Notes under the pieces: generated by a model | Database searches by the model: none | Told to the model about the DNA's origin: nothing | Seen by the model: only the letters and a program-made list of their open reading frames with translations | Shown here: positions 27,901 through 40,035 of the stretch, one piece after another | How positions within the stretch are numbered: the stretch's first letter is position 1 | Layout: each line of letters starts with the position of its first letter | Position numbers and translations under genes: made by a program | Source of the DNA: Eledone cirrhosa | Taxonomy: Eukaryota | Reading direction: 5' to 3' | DNA: 64,000 nucleotides | Assembly: GCA_964016885.1 (NCBI GenBank) | Contig: OZ024740.1 | Coordinates: 6,138,001 to 6,202,000 of the forward strand

Positions 27901-30900
27901 AAATACTTCACCAAAGAGATTTATACCAAAATATTCATAGAACTGGTATATATATGATTGTATAGTGTCCTTAGTAGAAATTCTTCACCAAAGAGATTTA
28001 TACCAAAATATTCATAGAATGGGTATATATATGATTGTATAGTGTCCTTAGTAGAAATTCTTAAGCAAGGAGATTCATACCAAAATATTCATAGAACGGG
28101 TATATATATGATTGTATAGTGTCCTTAGTAGAAATGCTTCTCCAAAGAGATTTATACCCAAATATTCATAGAACTGTTATATATATGATTGTATAGTGTC
28201 CTGAGTAGAAATACTTCCCCAAAGAGATGTATACCAACATATTCATAGAAGTGGTATATATATGATTGTATAGTGTCCTTAGTAGAAATACTTCACCAAA
28301 GAGATTTATACCAAAATATTCATAGAACTGGTATAGATATGATTGCATAGTGTCCCCGGTAGAAATTCTTCACCAAAGAGATTTATACCAAAATAGTCAT
28401 AGAAGTGGTATATATATGATTGTATAGTGTCCTTAGTAGAAATTCTTCACCAAAGAGATTTATACCAAAATATTCATAGAAGTAGTATATATATGATTGT
28501 ATATTGTCCTTATAGAATTTCTTCACCAAAGAGATTTATACCAAAATATTCATAGAATTGGTTTATATATGATTGTATAGTGTTTTTAGTAGAAATTCTT
28601 CACCAAAGAGATTTATACCAAAATATTCATCGAACTGGTTATATATGATAGTATAGTGTCCTTAGTAGAAATACTTCACCAAAGAGATTTATACCAAAAT
28701 ATTCATAGAACGGGTATATATATGATTGTATAGTGTCCTTAGTAGAAATTCTTAAGCAAAGAAATTTATTCCAAAATATTCATAGAACGGGTATATATAT
28801 GATTGTATAGTGTCCTTAGTAGGAATTCTTACGCAAAGAGATTTATACCAAAATAATCATAGAACTGGTATATATATGATTGTATAGTGTCCTTAGTAGA
28901 AATTCTTCACCCAAGAGATTCATAACAAAATATTCATAGAACTTGTATATTTATGATTGTATAGTGTCCTTAGTAGAAATTCTTCACCCAAGAGATTCAT
29001 ACCAAAATATTCATAGAACTTGTATACTTATGATTGTATAGTGTCCTTAGTAGAAATTCTTCACCCAAGAGATTCATACCAAAATATTCATAGAACTTGT
29101 ATATTTATGACTGTATAGTGTCCTTAGTAGAAATTCTTCATCCAAGAGATTCATACCAAAATATTCATAGAACTTGTATATATATGATTGTATAGTGTCC
29201 TTAGTAGAAATTTTTCACCAAAGAGATTTATACCAAAATATTCATAGAACTGGTATATATATGATTGTATAATTTCCCTGGTAAAAATTCTTAACCAGAG
29301 AGATTCATACCAAAATATTCATAGAACTGGTAAATATATGATTGTATAGTGTCCTTAGTATAAATACTTCCCCAAAGAGATGTATACCAAAATATTCATA
29401 GAAGTGGTATATATATGATTGTATAGTGTCCTTAGTAGAAATACTTCACCAAAGAGATTTATACCAAAATATTCACAGAACTGGTATATATATGATTGTA
29501 TAGTGTCCTTAATAGAAATTCTTCACCAAAGAGATTCATACCAAAATATTCATAGAACTGGTATATATATGATTGTATAGTGTCCTTAGTAGAAATTCTT
29601 CACCCAAGAGATTCATACCAAAATATTCATAGAACTGGTATACATATGATTGCATAGTGTCCCCGGTAGAAATTCTTCACCAACGACATTTATACCAAAA
29701 TATTCATAGGACTGGTATATATATGATTGTGTAGTGTCCTTAGTAGAAATACTTCACCAAAGAGATGTATACCAAAATATTCATAGAACTGGTATACATA
29801 TGATTGCATAGTGTCCCCGGTAGAAATTCTTCACCAAAGAGATTTATACCAAAATATTCATAGAACTGGTATATATATAATTGTATAGTGTCCTTAGTAG
29901 AAATACTTCACCAAAGAGATTTATACCAAAATATTCATAGAACTGATTTATATATGATTGTATAGTGTCCTCAGTAGAAATTCTTCTCCAAAGAGATTTA
30001 TACCCAAATATTCATAGAACTGTTATATATATGATTGTATAGTGTCCTTAGTGGAAATTCTTCACCAAAGAGATTTATACCAAAATATTCATAGAAGTAG
30101 TATATATATGATTGTATAGTGTCCTTATAGAAATTCTTCACCAAAGAGATTTATACCAAAATATTCATAGAATTGGTTTATATATCATTGTATAGTGTTC
30201 TTAGTAGATATTCTTCACCAAAGAGATTTATACCGAAATATTCATAGAACTGGTTATATATGATAGTATAGTGTCCTTAGTAGAAATACTTCACCAAAGA
30301 GATTTATACCAAAATATTCATAGAACAGGTATATATATGATTGTATAGTGTCCTTAGTAGAAATTCTTAAGCAAAGAAATTTATACCAAAATATTCATAG
30401 AACGGGTATATATATGATTGTATAGTGTCCTTAGTAGGAATTCTTAAGCAAAGAGATTTATACCAAAATAATCATAGAACTGCTATATATATGATTGTAT
30501 AGTGTCCTTAGTAGAAATTCTTCACCCAAGAGATTCATACCAAAATATTCATAGAACTTGTATATTTATGATTGTATAGTGTCCTTAGTAAAAATTCTTC
30601 ACCAAAGAGATTTATACCAAAACATTCATAGAACTGGTATACATATGATTGCATAGTGTCCCCGGTAGAAATTCTTCACCAAAGAGATTTATACAAAATA
30701 GTCATAGAACTGGTATATATATGATTGTATAGTGTCCTTAGTAGAAATACTTCCCCAAAGAGATTCATACCAAAATAGTCATAGAACTGGCATATATATG
30801 AGTATATAGTGTCCTTAGTAGAAATTCTTCACCAAAGAGATTTATACCAAAATATTCATAGAACTGGTATACATATGATTGCATAGTTTCCCCGGTAGAA

Positions 30901-32506
30901 ATTCTTCACCAAAGAGATTTATACCAAAATATTCATAGAACTGGTATATATATGATTGTATAATTTCCTTGGTAAAAATTCTTAACCAGAGAGATTCATA
31001 CCAAAATATTCATAGAACTGGTATATATATGATTGTATAGTTTCCTTAGTAGAAATACTTCCCCAAAGAGATGTATACCAAAATATTCATAGAAGTGGTA
31101 TATATATGATTGTATAGTGTCCTTAGTAGAAATACTTCACCAAAGAGATTTATACCCAAATATTCATAGAACTGTTATATATATGATTGTATAGTGTCCT
31201 TAGTAGAAATTCTTCACCAAAGAGGTTTATACAAAATAGTCATAGAACTGGTATATATATGATTGTATAGTGTCCTTAGTAGAAATACTTCCCCAAAGAG
31301 ATTTATACCAAAATAGTCATAGAACTGGTATATATATGATTGTATAATTTCCCTGGTAAAAATTCTTAACCAGAGAGATTCATACCAAAATATTCATAGA
31401 ACTGGTATATATATGATTGTATAGTGTCCTTAGTAGAAATTCTTCTCCAAAGAGATTTATACTAAAATATTCTGAGAACTGGTATATATATGATTGTGTA
31501 GTGTCCTTAGTAGAAATACTTCCCCAAAGAGATGTATACCAAATTATTCATAGAAGTGGTATATATATGATTGTATAGTGTCCTTAGTAGAAATACTTCA
31601 CCAAAGAGATTCATACCAAAATATTCGATAGTACTGGTATATTTATGATTGTATAGTGTCCTTAGTAGAAATTCTTCACCCAAGAGATTCATACCAAAAT
31701 ATTCATAGAACTTGTATATTTATGATTGTATAGTGTCCTTAATCGAAATTCTTCACCAAAGAGATTTATACCAAAACATTCATAGGACTGGTATATATAT
31801 GATTGTGTAGTGTCCTTAGTAGAAATACTTCACCAAAGAGATGTATACCAAAATATTCATAGAACTAGTATATATATGATTGTATAGTGTCCTTAGTAGA
31901 AATACTTCACCAAAGAGATTTATTCCAAAATATTCATAGAACTGATTTATATATGATTGTATAGAGTCCTCAGTAGAAATTCTTCTCCAAAGAGATTTAT
32001 ACCCAAATATTCATTGAACTATTATATATATGATTGTATAGTGTCCTTAGTAGAAATTCTTCACCAAAGAGATTTATACCAAAATATTCATAGAACTGGT
32101 ATAGATATGATTGCATAGTGTCCCCGGTAGAAATTCTTCACCAAAGAGATTTATACCAAAATAGTCATAGAAGTGGTATTTATATGATTGTATAGTGTCC
32201 TTAGTAGAAATTCTTCTCCAAAGAGATTTATACTAAAATATTCATAGAATTGGTATATATATGATTGTATAGTGTCCTTAGTAGAAATACTTCACCAAAG
32301 AGATTTATACCAAAATATTCATAGAACGGGTATATATATGATTGTATAGTGTCCTTAGTAGAAATTCTACACCCAAGAGATTCATACCAAAATATTCATA
32401 GAACTTGTATATTTATGATTGTATAGTGTCCTTAGTAGGAATTCTTAAGCAAAGAGATTTATACCAAAATAATCATAGAACTGGTATATATATGATTGTA
32501 TAGTGT
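1..32506. repeat. 77-bp satellite DNA tandem array, left arm (continues beyond window start)
   Basis: Continuous head-to-tail copies of the 77-bp consensus; e.g. the CTTAGTAGAA motif at 61 recurs as a variant at 138 (spacing 77). Monomers differ by a few substitutions and 1-2 bp indels, often in the (TA)n tract. Consensus has 21/77 G+C and no CpG. Confidence 0.99.
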
Positions 32507-32530
32507 CATCATCATCATCATCATCATCAT
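32507..32530 (-). repeat. (CAT)8 / (ATG)8 microsatellite tail of the SINE
   Basis: Eight perfect CAT units on the plus strand, at the 3' end of the minus-strand element. Confidence 0.95.
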
Positions 32531-32534
32531 TTTA

Positions 32535-32567
32535 CGTCCGCTTTTCCCTGCTTGCAAGGGTAGGACG
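32535..32567 (-). other. 3'-terminal stem-loop just upstream of the SINE tail (likely LINE-derived recognition signal)
   Basis: Outer stem CGTCC (32535-39) / GGACG (32563-67) and inner stem CCCT / AGGG. The structure is visible directly; its role is inferred from the shared 3' stem-loops of stringent LINE/SINE pairs. Confidence 0.6.
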
Positions 32568-32683
32568 GGAACTCATTCTGGCTTGATTTCTACAGCTGGA
32601 TGCCCTTGCTAGCACCAACCTCATTCACAGTGAGTGCTGGGTGCTTTTTTACCGTGGCACCTCCACGACCACTTTACAGTGGA

Positions 32684-32709
32684 ATGATAGGGACCTGAGT
32701 CCCTATCAT
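32684..32709. repeat. Perfect 11-bp inverted repeat with 4-nt loop inside the SINE
   Basis: ATGATAGGGAC (32684-32694), loop CTGA, GTCCCTATCAT (32699-32709). Confidence 0.95.
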
Positions 32710-32710
32710 C

Positions 32711-32773
32711 TCATTTCTACAGCTGAGTAAACTGGAGCAATGTGAAATAAAGTGTCTTGCTCAAGGACACAAC
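32711..32773 (-). other. CORE-like central domain of the SINE
   Basis: Minus strand GTTGTGTCCTTGAGCAAGACACTTTATTTCACATTGCTCCAGTTTACTCAGCTGTAGAAATGA is colinear by eye with the MIR CORE as I recall it (TGTGACCTTGGGCAAGT.ACTTAACCTCTCTGTGCCTCAGTTTCCTCATCTGTAAAATGG). It sits directly after the tRNA head, where CORE is expected. Confidence 0.8.
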
Positions 32774-32789
32774 ACATCACCCGGTCTGA

Positions 32790-32798
32790 GAATTGAAC
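32790..32798 (-). promoter_or_regulatory. RNA polymerase III internal promoter B box
   Basis: Minus strand GTTCAATTC matches GTTCRANNC, lies in a T-arm-like stem TGAG-TTCAATT-CTCA, and is 34 nt downstream of the A box (tRNA-like spacing). Confidence 0.9.
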
Positions 32799-32832
32799 TC
32801 ACAACCTTTCGATTGCAAGGCCAATGCTCTAA

Positions 32833-32843
32833 CCACTAAGCCA
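32833..32843 (-). promoter_or_regulatory. RNA polymerase III internal promoter A box
   Basis: Minus strand TGGCTTAGTGG matches TRGCNNARYGG and starts 10 nt into the element. Confidence 0.9.
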
Positions 32844-33784
32844 TGTGCCTCCAGTAGAAATTCTTCACCAAAGAGATTCATACCAAAACATTCATAGAAC
32901 TGGTATACATATGATTGCATAGTGTCCCCGGTAGAAATTCTTAACCAAAGAGATTTATACCAAAATATTCATAGAACTGGTATATATATGATTGTGTAGT
33001 GTCCTTAGTAGAAATACTTCACCAAAGAGATTTATACCAAAATATTCATAGAAGTTGTATATATATGATTGTATAGTGTCCTTAGTAGAAATTCTTCACC
33101 AAAGAGATTTATACCAAAATATTCATAGAATTGGTTTATATATGATTGTATAGTGTTCTTATTAGAAATTCTTCACCAAAGATATTTATACCAAAATATT
33201 CATAGAACTGGTTATGTATGATTGTATAATGTCCTTAGTAGAAATACTTCACCAAAGAGATTTATACCAAAATATTCATAGAATGGGTATATATATGATT
33301 GTATAGTTTCCTTAGTAGAAATTCTTAAGCAAAGAGATTCATACCAAAATATTCATAGAACGGGTATATATATGATTGTATAGTGTCCTTAGTAGAAATG
33401 CTTCTCCAAAGAGATTTATACCCAAATATTCATAGAACTGTTATATATATGATTGTATAGTGTCCTTAGTAGAAATTCTTCACCAAAGAGATTTATACCA
33501 AAATAGTCATAGAACTGGTATACATATGATTTGATAGTGTCCCCGGTAGAAATTCTTCACCAAAGAGATTTATACCAAAATATTCATAGAAATGGTATAT
33601 ATATGATTGTATAATTTCCCTGGTAAAAATTCTTAACCAGAGAGATTCATATCAAAATATTCATGGAACTGGTATATATATATGATTGTATAGTGTCCTT
33701 AGTAGAAATTCTTCTCCAAAGAGATTTATACTAAAATATTCTTAGAACTGGTATATATATGATTGTGTAGTGTCCTTAGTAGAC

Positions 33785-36700
33785 ATACTTCCCCAAAGAG
33801 ATGTATACCAAAATATTCATAGAAGTGGTATATATATGATTGTATAGTGTCCTTAGTAGAAATACTTCACCAAAGAGATTTATACCAAAATATTCATAGA
33901 ACTGGTATATATATGATTGTATAGCGTCCTTAGTAGAAATTCTTCACCAAAAGATTTATGCCAAAACATTCAAAGAACTGGTATACATATGATTGTATAG
34001 TGTCCTTAGTAGAAATTCTTAAGCAAAGAGATTCATACCAAAATATTCATAGAACGGGTATATATATGATTGTATAGTGTCCTTAGTAGAAATGCTTCTC
34101 CAAAGAGATTTATACCCAAATATTCATAGAACTGGTATACATATGATTGCATAGTGTCCCCGGTAGAAATACTTCACCAAAGAGATTTATACCAAAATAT
34201 TCATAGAACTGGTATATATATGATTGTATAATTTGCCTGGTAAAAATTCTTAACCAGAGAGATTCATACCAAAATATTCATAGAACTGGTATATAAATGA
34301 TTGTATAGTGTCCTTAGTAGAAATTCTTCTCCAAAGAGATTTATACGAAAATATTCATAGAACTGGTATATATATGATTGTGTAGTGTCCTTAGTAGAAA
34401 TACTTCCCCAAAGAGATGTATACCAAAATATTCATAGAAGTGGTATATATATGATTCTATAGTGTCCTTAGTAGAAATTCTTCACCCAAGAGATTCATAC
34501 CAAAATATTCATCGAACTGGTATACATATGATTGCATAGTGTCTCCGGTAGAAATTCTTCACCAAAGAGATTTATACCAAAATATTCATAGAACTGGTAT
34601 ATATATGATTGTATAGTGTCCTTAGTAGAAATACTTCACCAAAGAGATTAATACCAAAATATTCATAGAACTGATTTATATATGATTGTATAGTGTCCTC
34701 AGTAGAAATTCTTCTCCAAAGAGATTTATACCCAAATATTCATAGAACTGTTATATATATGATTGTATAGTCTCCTTAGTAGAAATTCCTCACCAAAGAG
34801 ATTTATACCAAAATATTCATAGAACTGGCATAGATATGATTGCATAGTGTCCCCGGTAGAAATTCTTCACCAAAGAGATTTATACCAAAATAGTCATAGC
34901 AGTGGTATATATATGATTGTATAGTGTCCTTAGTAGAAATTCTTCACCAAAGAGATTTATACCAAAATATTCATAGAAGTAGTTTATATATGATTGTATA
35001 GTGTCCTTATAGAACTTTTTCACCGAAGAGATTTATACCAAAATATTCATAGAATTGGTTTCAATATGATTGTATAGTGTTCTTAGTAGAAATTCTTCAC
35101 CAAAGAGATTTATACCAAAATATTCATAGAACTGGTTATATATGATAGTAGAATGTCCTTAGTAGAAATACTTCACCAAAGAGATTTATACCAAAATATT
35201 CATAGAACGGGTATATATATGATTGTGTAGTGTCCTTAGTAGAAATTCTTAAGCAAAGAAATTTATACCAAAATATTCATAGAACGGGTATATATATGAT
35301 TGTATAGTGTCCTTAGTAGGAATTCTTAAGCAAAGAGATTTATACCAAAATAATCATAGAATTGGTATATATATGATTGTATAGTGTCCTTAGTAGAAAT
35401 TCTTCACCCAAGAGATTCATACCAAAATATTCATAGAACTTGTATATTTATGATTGTATAGTGTCCTTAGTAGAAATTCTTCACCAAAGAGATTTATACA
35501 AAATAGTCATAGAACTGGTATATATATGATTGTATAGTGTCCTTAGTAGAAATACTTCCCCAAAAGATTTATACCAAAATAGTCATAGAACTGGCATATA
35601 TATGAGTATATAGTGTCCTTAGTAGAAATTCTTCACCAAAGAGATTTATACCAAAATATTCATAGAACTGGTATACATATGATTGCATAGTGTCCCCGGT
35701 AGAAATTCTTCACCAAAGAGATTTATACCAAAATATTCATAGAACTGGTATATGTATGATTGTATAATTTCCCTGGTAAAAATTCTTAACCAGAGAGATT
35801 CATACCAAAATATTCATAGAACTGGTATATATATGATTGTATAGTGTCCTTAGTAGAAATACTTCCCCAAAGAGATGTATACCATAATATTCATAGAAGT
35901 CGTATATATATGATTGTATAGTGTCCTTAGTAGAAATACTTCACCAAAGAGATTTATATCAAAATATTCACAGAACTGGTATATATATGATTGTATAGTG
36001 TCCTTAGTAGAAATTCTTCACCAAAGAGATTCATACCAAAATATTCATAGAACTGGTATATATATGATTGTATAGTGTCCTTAGTAGAAATTCTTCACCC
36101 AAGAGATTCATACCAAAATATTCATAGAACTGGTATACATATGATTGCATAGTGTCCCCGGTAGAAATTCTTCACCAATGAGATTTATACGAAAATGTTC
36201 ATAGAACTGGTATATATATGATTGTGTAGTGTCCTTAGTAGAAATACTTCACCAAAGAGATGTATACCAAAATATTCATAGAACTGGTATATATATGATT
36301 GCATAGTGTCCCCGGTAGAAATTCTTCAACAAAGAGATTTATACCAAAATATTCATAGAACGGGTATATACATGATTGTGTAGTGTCCTTAGTAGAAATA
36401 CTTCACCAAAGAGATGTATACCAAAATATTCATAGAACTGGTATATATATGATTGTATAGTGTCCTTAGTAGAAATACTTCACCAAAGAGATTTATACCA
36501 AAATATTCGTAGATCTGATTCATATATGAGTATATAGTGTCCTTAGTAGAAATTCTTCACCAAAGAGATTTATACCAAAATATTCATAGAACTGGTATAC
36601 ATATGATTGCATAGTGTCCCCGGTAGAAATTCTTCACCAAAGAGATTTTTACCAAAATATTCATAGAACTGGTATATATATGATTGTATAATTTCCCTGG

Positions 36701-39700
36701 TAAAAATTCTTAACCAGAGAGATTCATACCAAAATATTCATAGAACTGGTATATATATGATTGTATAGTGTCCTTAGTAGAAATTCTTCTCCAAAGAGAT
36801 TTATACGAAAATATTCTTAGAACTGGTATATATATGATTGTGTAGTGTCCTTAGTAGAAATACTTCCCCAAAGAGATGTATACCAAAATATTCATAGAAG
36901 TGGTATATATATGATTGTATAGTGTCCTTAGTAGAAATACTTCACCAAAGAGATTTATACCAAAATATTCATAGAACTGGTATATATATGATTGTATAGT
37001 GTCCTTAGTAGAAATTCTTCACCAAAAGATTTATGCCAAAACATTCAAAGAACTGGTATACATATGATTGTATAGTGTCCTTAGTAGAAATTCTTAAGCA
37101 AAGAGATTCATACCAAAATATTCATAGAACGGGTATATATATGATTGTATAGTGTCCTTAGTAGAAATGCTTCTCCAAAGAGATTTATACCCAAATATTC
37201 ATAGAACTGGTATACATATGATTGCATAGTGTCCCCGGTAGAAATACTTCACCAAAGAGATTTATACCAAAATATTCATAGAACTGGTATATATATGATT
37301 GTATAATTTGCCTGGTAAAAATTCTTAACCAGAGAGATTCATACCAAAATATTCATAGAACTGGTATATAAATGATTGTATAGTGTCCTTAGTAGAAATT
37401 CTTCTCCAAAGAGATTTATACGAAAATATTCATAGAACTGGTATATATATGATTGTGTAGTGTCCTTAGTAGAAATACTTCCCCAAAGAGATGTATACCA
37501 AAATATTCATAGAAGTGGTATATATATGATTCTATAGTGTCCTTAGTAGAAATTCTTCACCCAAGAGATTCATACCAAAATATTCATCGAACTGGTATAC
37601 ATATGATTGCATAGTGTCTCCGGTAGAAATTCTTCACCAAAGAGATTTATACCAAAATATTCATAGAACTGGTATATATATGATTGTATAGTGTCCTTAG
37701 TAGAAATACTTCACCAAAGAGATTAATACCAAAATATTCATAGAACTGATTTATATATGATTGTATAGTGTCCTCAGTAGAAATTCTTCTCCAAAGAGAT
37801 TTATACCCAAATATTCATAGAACTGTTATATATATGATTGTATAGTCTCCTTAGTAGAAATTCCTCACCAAAGAGATTTATACCAAAATATTCATAGAAC
37901 TGGCATAGATATGATTGCATAGTGTCCCCGGTAGAAATTCTTCACCAAAGAGATTTATACCAAAATAGTCATAGCAGTGGTATATATATGATTGTATAGT
38001 GTCCTTAGTAGAAATTCTTCACCAAAGAGATTTATACCAAAATATTCATAGAAGTAGTTTATATATGATTGTATAGTGTCCTTATAGAACTTTTTCACCG
38101 AAGAGATTTATACCAAAATATTCATAGAATTGGTTTCAATATGATTGTATAGTGTTCTTAGTAGAAATTCTTCACCAAAGAGATTTATACCAAAATATTC
38201 ATAGAACTGGTTATATATGATAGTAGAATGTCCTTAGTAGAAATACTTCACCAAAGAGATTTATACCAAAATATTCATAGAACGGGTATATATATGATTG
38301 TGTAGTGTCCTTAGTAGAAATTCTTAAGCAAAGAAATTTATACCAAAATATTCATAGAACGGGTATATATATGATTGTATAGTGTCCTTAGTAGGAATTC
38401 TTAAGCAAAGAGATTTATACCAAAATAATCATAGAATTGGTATATATATGATTGTATAGTGTCCTTAGTAGAAATTCTTCACCCAAGAGATTCATACCAA
38501 AATATTCATAGAACTTGTATATTTATGATTGTATAGTGTCCTTAGTAGAAATTCTTCACCAAAGAGATTTATACAAAATAGTCATAGAACTGGTATATAT
38601 ATGATTGTATAGTGTCCTTAGTAGAAATACTTCCCCAAAAGATTTATACCAAAATAGTCATAGAACTGGCATATATATGAGTATATAGTGTCCTTAGTAG
38701 AAATTCTTCACCAAAGAGATTTATACCAAAATATTCATAGAACTGGTATACATATGATTGCATAGTGTCCCCGGTAGAAATTCTTCACCAAAGAGATTTA
38801 TACCAAAATATTCATAGAACTGGTATATGTATGATTGTATAATTTCCCTGGTAAAAATTCTTAACCAGAGAGATTCATACCAAAATATTCATAGAACTGG
38901 TATATATATGATTGTATAGTGTCCTTAGTAGAAATACTTCCCCAAAGAGATGTATACCATAATATTCATAGAAGTCGTATATATATGATTGTATAGTGTC
39001 CTTAGTAGAAATACTTCACCAAAGAGATTTATATCAAAATATTCACAGAACTGGTATATATATGATTGTATAGTGTCCTTAGTAGAAATTCTTCACCAAA
39101 GAGATTCATACCAAAATATTCATAGAACTGGTATATATATGATTGTATAGTGTCCTTAGTAGAAATTCTTCACCCAAGAGATTCATACCAAAATATTCAT
39201 AGAACTGGTATACATATGATTGCATAGTGTCCCCGGTAGAAATTCTTCACCAATGAGATTTATACGAAAATGTTCATAGAACTGGTATATATATGATTGT
39301 GTAGTGTCCTTAGTAGAAATACTTCACCAAAGAGATGTATACCAAAATATTCATAGAACTGGTATATATATGATTGCATAGTGTCCCCGGTAGAAATTCT
39401 TCAACAAAGAGATTTATACCAAAATATTCATAGAACGGGTATATACATGATTGTGTAGTGTCCTTAGTAGAAATACTTCACCAAAGAGATGTATACCAAA
39501 ATATTCATAGAACTGGTATATATATGATTGTATAGTGTCCTTAGTAGAAATACTTCACCAAAGAGATTTATACCAAAATATTCGTAGATCTGATTCATAT
39601 ATGAGTATATAGTGTCCTTAGTAGAAATTCTTCACCAAAGAGATTTATACCAAAATATTCATAGAACTGGTATACATATGATTGCATAGTGTCCCCGGTA

Positions 39701-40035
39701 GAAATTCTTCACCAAAGAGATTTTTACCAAAATATTCATAGAACTGGTATATATATGATTGTATAATTTCCCTGGTAAAAATTCTTAACCAGAGAGATTC
39801 ATACCAAAATATTCATAGAACTGGTATATATATGATTGTATAGTGTCCTTAGTAGAAATTCTTCTCCAAAGAGATTTATACGAAAATATTCTTAGAACTG
39901 GTATATATATGATTGTGTAGTGTCCTTAGTAGAAATACTTCCCCAAAGAGATGTATACCAAAATATTCATAGAAGTGGTATATATATGATTGTATAGTGT
40001 CCTTAGTAGAAATACTTCACCAAAGAGATTTATAC
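33785..40035 (+). repeat. Tandem duplication of a 3075-bp block (~40 monomers x2)
   Basis: Markers CCAAAACATTCAAAG at 33961 and 37036, and AGATCT at 36511 and 39586; both offsets are 3075. Confidence 0.92.

Larger units (their letters stand above)
32507..32852 (-). mobile_element. Apparently full-length tRNA-derived CORE-SINE (~346 bp) inserted in the satellite
   Basis: Only non-satellite sequence in the window. The minus strand reads GGAGGCACATGGCTTAGTGGTTAGAGCATTGGCCTTGCAATCGAAAGGTTGTGAGTTCAATTCTCAGACCGG (tRNA-like head with A and B boxes), then a CORE-like segment, a body, a 3' stem-loop and an (ATG)8 tail. This is the canonical SINE layout. Confidence 0.93.

Noticed and set aside
28166-28348. 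60-aa minus-strand ORF similar to the 22782 ORF
   Set aside because: The similarity reflects the shared repeat unit, not protein conservation.
31507-31692. 61-aa minus-strand ORF with an internal peptide repeat
   Set aside because: A 1-bp insertion makes one monomer 78 bp and keeps two units in frame; this is an artefact.
32507-32530. Poly-His tag or vector contamination, (CAT)8
   Set aside because: There is no ORF or vector context; its position at the element's 3' end identifies it as the SINE tail.
32713-32770. Satellite derived from the SINE CORE (shared GTGTCCTT and GTAGAAAT words)
   Set aside because: Only two 8-bp matches with very different spacing; compatible with chance and not supportable without a statistical alignment.
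32780-32852. Functional tRNA gene (TGC at the anticodon-equivalent position)
   Set aside because: D- and T-arm motifs are present, but the anticodon stem is mismatched, there is no proper acceptor stem, and the sequence runs into CORE. It is a SINE head, and the parent tRNA cannot be assigned from this copy.
32507-32852. Helitron/Helentron or MITE interpretation of the insert (no TSD, hairpins)
   Set aside because: There are no terminal inverted repeats or TC...CTRR ends. The A/B boxes, CORE and simple-repeat tail fit a SINE much better.
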